A stretch of DNA of 64,000 nt from Bacteroidales bacterium (GTDB lineage Bacteria > Bacteroidota > Bacteroidia > Bacteroidales > UBA3663): the NCBI GenBank assembly GCA_045598885.1, contig JAZRVB010000121.1, forward strand, positions 3,987 through 67,986, written 5' to 3'. Shown here piece by piece: positions 59,314-64,000 of the stretch (position 1 is the stretch's first letter; every line of letters starts with the position of its first letter). The notes beneath the pieces were generated by a model. It saw only the letters and a list, made by a program, of their open reading frames with translations, was not told where the DNA came from and searched no databases. A program made the translations under genes and the position numbers.

Positions 59314-60609
59314 ATGTACGCCGTCGTTGATTGTGACAACTGTTTCGTCTCGTGCGAGAGGGTCTTCCAGCCAGAGCTATGGGGGAAGCCTGTTGTCGTA
59401 CTCTCGAACAATGACGGCTGTGTGGTGGCCTGGTCGAACGAGGCCAAGGCATTGGGCATCAAGATGGGTGTGCCGATCTTCCAGATAACTGCACTCTGTA
59501 AGCAGCATGACGTACAGATCAGGTCGAGCAACTATATCCTCTATGCAGATATGAGCAATCGTATCATGAGCATATTGAGGGAGGAAGTCGGTCCTGGAAT
59601 GATGGAGCAGTACTCTATTGACGAAGCCTTTCTCACTATCGACCTGAAGATGGACTTCAGGGAATGGGGAGAGGCGTTGGTCAAGAAGATAGGCCGATGG
59701 ACGGGTATGCCTGTGAGCATCGGTATTGCTCCGACACGTACCTTGGCGAAGGCGGCTACTTGGTTCGCTAAGAAGTTCAAGGGCTATAACAAGGTCTGCA
59801 TCATCGATAACGAAGAGCGTAGGGAAAAGGCGCTGAAGGCACTGGCTGTCAAAGAGGTCTGGGGTATCGGATGGCGAGGTCAAGACAAATGCAGATATTA
59901 CGGCATCGAGAAAGCCTGGGATTTCACCGAGAAGTCTGCCTCATGGGTCAGGCAGAACTTTACCATCACGGGACTTCGCACATGGAAGGAGCTGAAGGGA
60001 GAGTCCTGTATCGACACGGTACTGACAGGTGCCAAGCAGACGATCTGCACCAGCCGAAGCTTCAACGGTATGGTCTCGCAGAAGGGTGAACTGGAGATGT
60101 ATGTCAGTAACTATGCAGCACATTGCGCAGAGAAGCTGAGAGCGCAGCACAGCGTCTGTAGTCTGGTCACGGTCTTCATCGCCACGAACACCTTCAGGGA
60201 AGACTTAGCCCAGTATGGCACATCAATCACAGCTACACTGAGCACCCCTGCCAGTTCCACCATAGAGGTGACGGAAGCGGCACTCAGAGCGTTCCGGGCC
60301 TGCTATAAGGAAGGCTACCAGTACAAAAGGGCAGGAGTCATCGTCAGTGGCATCAGTAGTGATAAGGCCATCCAGATGGACATCTTCGATGCTTTGACTC
60401 CAGAGCAGAGAAGCAAGTATAACCGACTCTCCGAAGTCGTTGACACCATCAACCGAAAGATGGGTAACGATACGGTGATACTGGGAGTACAGCAGTTCCC
60501 GAAAGACCCGAAGACAGGGGAGTCCTCGAACTTCAGGAATCTGATCAAGCACGAGCATCGCTCGAAGTGCTATACGACCAAGATAGACGAATTGATAGAA
60601 ATAAAGTAA
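59314..60609 (+). CDS. umuC: UmuC-like Y-family DNA polymerase
   Basis: 431 aa. 'MYAVVDCDNCFVSCERVFQPELWGKPVVVLSNNDGCVVA', 'SIDEAFL' and 'VWGIGWR'. Confidence 0.85.
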   Translation: MYAVVDCDNCFVSCERVFQPELWGKPVVVLSNNDGCVVAWSNEAKALGIKMGVPIFQITALCKQHDVQIRSSNYILYADMSNRIMSILREEVGPGMMEQYSIDEAFLTIDLKMDFREWGEALVKKIGRWTGMPVSIGIAPTRTLAKAATWFAKKFKGYNKVCIIDNEERREKALKALAVKEVWGIGWRGQDKCRYYGIEKAWDFTEKSASWVRQNFTITGLRTWKELKGESCIDTVLTGAKQTICTSRSFNGMVSQKGELEMYVSNYAAHCAEKLRAQHSVCSLVTVFIATNTFREDLAQYGTSITATLSTPASSTIEVTEAALRAFRACYKEGYQYKRAGVIVSGISSDKAIQMDIFDALTPEQRSKYNRLSEVVDTINRKMGNDTVILGVQQFPKDPKTGESSNFRNLIKHEHRSKCYTTKIDELIEIK

Positions 60610-60615
60610 TATACA

Positions 60616-61170
60616 ATGCAAATAGACGAAACGATTACTGAGCATCCTGTTTGGCTCAGTGATGAGCTGACTCTTAGGTGTCTCACCCCGGAGGACAGAC
60701 CGAAGCATAAGGCTATGAGCCAGGAGATAGTAAAGACACTGGCAGCACCTGATTTCCTCATTCCTATGACGGAGGAGGAATATGATGATACCTATACTGA
60801 AGAGAATCAGGATGTGGTCTATGGTATCTTTGACGGTGACAGGCTGGTGGCTACGAGCAGCCTTCTCCATGATGTGAGGGCTTATGCCGATAATAAGGAG
60901 TTATCGGAAGTCATGAAGCACTCATGTATTGAGATTGGCGAGAGCATGGTATTGCCGGAATACAGGGGCAATGGTTATATGCTCAGACTGAATAACCTGA
61001 TCAAGGATGAAGCCAGAAGGCAGGGCGTTGAGTATATGCTTGCCACGGCTCACCCTGACAATATTGCCAGCAACACCTCTCTGTTCCATTTGGGCTATAG
61101 GGTTGTCAAGGAGTTTGTCAGATGTGGCTTCCGCAGGAACTTACATCTGTTAGACCTTTCAAAAGAATAA
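60616..61170 (+). CDS. GNAT-family N-acetyltransferase
   Basis: 184 aa. 'VLPEYRGNGYMLRL' fits the acetyl-CoA binding motif (Q/RxxGxG/A). Confidence 0.7.
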   Translation: MQIDETITEHPVWLSDELTLRCLTPEDRPKHKAMSQEIVKTLAAPDFLIPMTEEEYDDTYTEENQDVVYGIFDGDRLVATSSLLHDVRAYADNKELSEVMKHSCIEIGESMVLPEYRGNGYMLRLNNLIKDEARRQGVEYMLATAHPDNIASNTSLFHLGYRVVKEFVRCGFRRNLHLLDLSKE

Positions 61171-61874
61171 TGAATAAATCCAAAAATATGACAATTGAAG
61201 AAGCGATTGTAGCGCGTCACAGTGTCCGCAAGTACCGTAAGGAACCTATCTCGGCAGAGGTCGTAGAGGCTCTTCAGGAGAAGATTGTCCAGATCAATGC
61301 TGAGAGTGGTCTTCATATACAACTCATGACCAATGAGCCGAAGGCTTTCTCTGGTATCATGTCTTACGGAACCTTCCATAACGTGGCCAACTATCTGGTC
61401 ATGGCTGGCAAGAAGTCTGAAGACTTGGATGAGCGTATCGGGTACTATGGCGAGCATCTGGTACTCTATGCTCAGACTCTTGGTCTTAATTCATGCTGGG
61501 TAGGACTCTCTTACCGTAAGGTCAGCGGCATGTATAAGCTGGCAGACGGAGAGAAGGTGGTATGTGTCATAGCGTTGGGCTATGGTGAAGACCAGGGCAG
61601 AACGCATAAGGTCAAGGCCATCGAAGAGGTCAGCTCAGGTGTTGATCTTGCACCTTCATGGTTCCGAAAGGGAGTGGAGGCAGCGTTGCTTGCACCTACA
61701 GCCGTCAATCAGCAGAAGTTCTTCTTTGACCTATTATCAGAGAAGAGGAATGGGAAGAAGGTGGTCAAGGTGAGCACCAGCTTCTCTATGATCGGATATA
61801 CCAAGCTCGATATGGGCATTGCGAAGCGTCATTTTGAGATTGGTGCAGGAAAAGATAACTTTGAATGGCTGTAA
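61170..61874 (+). CDS. Nitroreductase-family protein
   Basis: Start at MNKSKNMTIEEAIVARHSVRKYRKEPI, which overlaps the upstream stop (taATG). 'RHSVRKY' is the classic N-terminal nitroreductase block. Confidence 0.8.
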   Translation: MNKSKNMTIEEAIVARHSVRKYRKEPISAEVVEALQEKIVQINAESGLHIQLMTNEPKAFSGIMSYGTFHNVANYLVMAGKKSEDLDERIGYYGEHLVLYAQTLGLNSCWVGLSYRKVSGMYKLADGEKVVCVIALGYGEDQGRTHKVKAIEEVSSGVDLAPSWFRKGVEAALLAPTAVNQQKFFFDLLSEKRNGKKVVKVSTSFSMIGYTKLDMGIAKRHFEIGAGKDNFEWL

Positions 61875-61878
61875 ACAG

Positions 61879-62670
61879 ATGAAGTGCTTGAACTGTGGAA
61901 CGAAGTGCACGGGCGAGTATTGTCCTAAATGTGGACAGAAGACCTCGACCCGTCGCTTTCAGGCAAAGGAAATAATAGTGAACACCATTGCATCGCTGAT
62001 TGGCGGTGATAATAAACTATGGTGTACATGTGTGTGCTTGCTCACCCGTCCAGGCTATATGGTTCGAGAATACCTACTGGGCAAAAGAGTATGTTTTTAC
62101 AATCCCGTATCTCTTTTAGTCTGTCTGGTTGCCATCTATGCTATTGCGACCTATTTCTTTACTGATGCGGTCTCTCCGTTTGATATTATGCGACCCGAAG
62201 TGCAGTCTGATTCACTCAATTCGAGTTCCGCAGAATTGTTCCTGTCCTATTATCAGGTGTTGTTCAGCAACAATGTCTATTATGCGATTATTACGGTGTT
62301 GTTCAGCATTTATCCCTATCGCTATGTTTTTCAAAAAGAGAAACTGATGCGACCGACAGGCAAACCTGAACCGATGAACGTAGCAGAGCACTTCATTGCC
62401 CTTACGTACCAGACGTGTTTCAATATTATTCTTGCGTTCATTCTGATTCCCTTCAGCTACATAGAAGACTACAAAACCTGGATGGCAAGAATCTGTATCA
62501 TAATGCCTACCGCATATTGCATCATCTTATACAAGCAGTTGTTGCAAATCACATGGTTCAAGAGCATTTGGAAAAATCTCTATGGCTTAATTCTTAGCTT
62601 CCTCTTCAACGTATCAATCATACTTGTAATAATAGGTATTCTGTACGGATTTGATAATGTAATGAAATGA
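61879..62670 (+). CDS. DUF3667-like zinc-ribbon membrane protein
   Basis: Start at MKCLNCGTKCTGEYCPKCGQKT (CxxC...CxxC), followed by several TM segments. Confidence 0.65.
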   Translation: MKCLNCGTKCTGEYCPKCGQKTSTRRFQAKEIIVNTIASLIGGDNKLWCTCVCLLTRPGYMVREYLLGKRVCFYNPVSLLVCLVAIYAIATYFFTDAVSPFDIMRPEVQSDSLNSSSAELFLSYYQVLFSNNVYYAIITVLFSIYPYRYVFQKEKLMRPTGKPEPMNVAEHFIALTYQTCFNIILAFILIPFSYIEDYKTWMARICIIMPTAYCIILYKQLLQITWFKSIWKNLYGLILSFLFNVSIILVIIGILYGFDNVMK

Positions 62671-63494
62671 TGAAAGAGAGACAACCCTATCAGCAGCCGG
62701 ACCTCGACAGCATCGAGGAACTTAACTATATCTCCACCGTTGAGGAGGATGAGATCATTGATGCGCATATCGAGAAACTCAGGCAGTGGGGATATGGCAG
62801 TATCAGGCATGTCAATGACCTGCATCAGCTGTTCTGGGAACTGACCAGAAGAGGTGTGATATGTGATAAGCTCTTCCGTGTGGCCGTTGTGGAGTGTATC
62901 GAGGAGGAACCTCTCTATACCAAGTTCCTCGGTATGGCCAAGCGCTACAACGGATGGGCACAGAAGCAGAACAATGCCGAAGGCAGGACAGAGAAGGAAA
63001 TTCGAAAGAAGCTGCATGATAAGGAAGCGGAGGTCAGGACGCTTACTGCCAGTCTCAATCAGGCCAATGATAAGATTGCAAAGCTGGAAAATGACCTGAA
63101 GAAAGCGCAGAAACAGAGGTCTAATGGTGCCATCGAGAATGAATTGAGACAGCAGATCAAGAAGGAGTATAACAAGAAGTTGATGGAGTTCAGGACAAAG
63201 TCGAAGTTCGTAAAGCAGACTGCCAAGGCTCTGATCCTGGAGTTGAAGAATCCTTGCAGCCGATTCTACGAATCGTTTGACCTTACCAGAGAGAAGGATG
63301 TCGATGACTACCTGATGTGGTTCAAGAGAGCAGATCGAAAGGTCAATGCCCCTACTCTGAACATCCTGATTCAGCAGTATGGCGAAGAGAACGTCCCATA
63401 TCTCATTGCTCAGGCGAATGCCTATAACGAAGAATGGTCAAAGACTCATCTGGCAAATTCAGGAGACGAAGATATCGATAACGATTTGCCATAA
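62667..63494 (+). CDS. Hypothetical coiled-coil protein
   Basis: 275 aa. The central part is a heptad-like charged region (EAEVRTLTASLNQANDKIAKLENDLKKAQKQ). No family recognised. Confidence 0.45.
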   Translation: MMKERQPYQQPDLDSIEELNYISTVEEDEIIDAHIEKLRQWGYGSIRHVNDLHQLFWELTRRGVICDKLFRVAVVECIEEEPLYTKFLGMAKRYNGWAQKQNNAEGRTEKEIRKKLHDKEAEVRTLTASLNQANDKIAKLENDLKKAQKQRSNGAIENELRQQIKKEYNKKLMEFRTKSKFVKQTAKALILELKNPCSRFYESFDLTREKDVDDYLMWFKRADRKVNAPTLNILIQQYGEENVPYLIAQANAYNEEWSKTHLANSGDEDIDNDLP

Positions 63495-63717
63495 CAACAA
63501 CATCGATAAACGACGGAATTTCATACTGGCTGTTATTCTAGTAATCGCGGTATTTGAGAAGAATTAAATAAACATTTATTGCTGTTGGGAATGTTATTTA
63601 AGCTAAACAAATTGAAAATAAAGCAATAAAAATTACTCCATTTTTGGTATTTCTTATGATTTTCTTTTTGTGAGTAAAAATAAATTATTATTTTTGTAGC
63701 AACAAAAATGCAACAAT

Positions 63718-63933
63718 ATGGCAGACAAGAAGGATTTGAACCGCATAAAGGTCATGTTGGCCGAGAAAAAAAAGACAAATAAATGGCTCGCTTCTGCTGT
63801 CGGTGTCAACGCAGCAACAGTAAGCAAGTGGTGTACTAATTCATCACAGCCATCTTTGGAAACTTTGATCAAGATCGCAGAATTATTAGAGGTCAACTAC
63901 ACAGAGCTGATTAGGGTAGAGCCAAAAGCATGA
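63718..63933 (+). CDS. XRE-family helix-turn-helix transcriptional regulator
   Basis: 71 aa. 'KWLASAVGVNAATVSKWCTNSSQPSLETLIKIAELLEV' is a canonical Cro/C1-type HTH. Confidence 0.8.
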   Translation: MADKKDLNRIKVMLAEKKKTNKWLASAVGVNAATVSKWCTNSSQPSLETLIKIAELLEVNYTELIRVEPKA

Positions 63934-64000
63934 TCATTAAACTTGTTATAGTCAAAAAACGAGACAGATATGACACCCGAAGAAAAAGCAAGGGTCAAAA

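Overview
Bacteroidota-type chromosomal window, probably Prevotella-like; this is inferred from CTn-type tra genes, lipoprotein signals and GH43/GH2/GH29 content. The left ~27 kb is a mosaic of mobile DNA. It holds an IS5-family element beside a degraded IS fragment, and an AAA-ATPase/PD-(D/E)XK gene with two tandem tyrosine integrases abutting a 5'-truncated traK. A conjugative-transposon remnant follows (traK'-traL-traM-traN-traO, a DUF1566-like lipoprotein and a coupling protein). The coupling-protein (T4CP) gene is split just before its Walker A box by a ~13.7 kb integrative mobilizable element. That element carries two more integrases, HTH/Xis-like genes, MobC-like and relaxase genes, and an AT-rich cargo operon. 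The cargo is the most interesting system here. It encodes a twin-arginine-signal peptide with 16 Cys in CxxxC/CxxC repeats, a radical SAM/SPASM maturase, a SPASM-only paralogue, a 90-aa partner protein and a private TatA/TatC pair. Downstream lies an AT-rich island with a 943-aa SF1 helicase fused to a DUF2726-type nuclease-like domain (candidate defence gene). It is followed by two unknown secreted proteins and a small PLD nuclease. From ~33.5 kb the window looks like ordinary chromosome: three GH43 genes, a GH2 beta-galactosidase, a GH29 fucosidase, small conserved genes, a RecD2-like helicase and an alcohol dehydrogenase. This part also holds two separate translesion-polymerase modules, one of which carries an in-frame TAG. 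No rRNA, tRNA or CRISPR array was recognised. All calls rest on reading motifs by eye; no database search was run.
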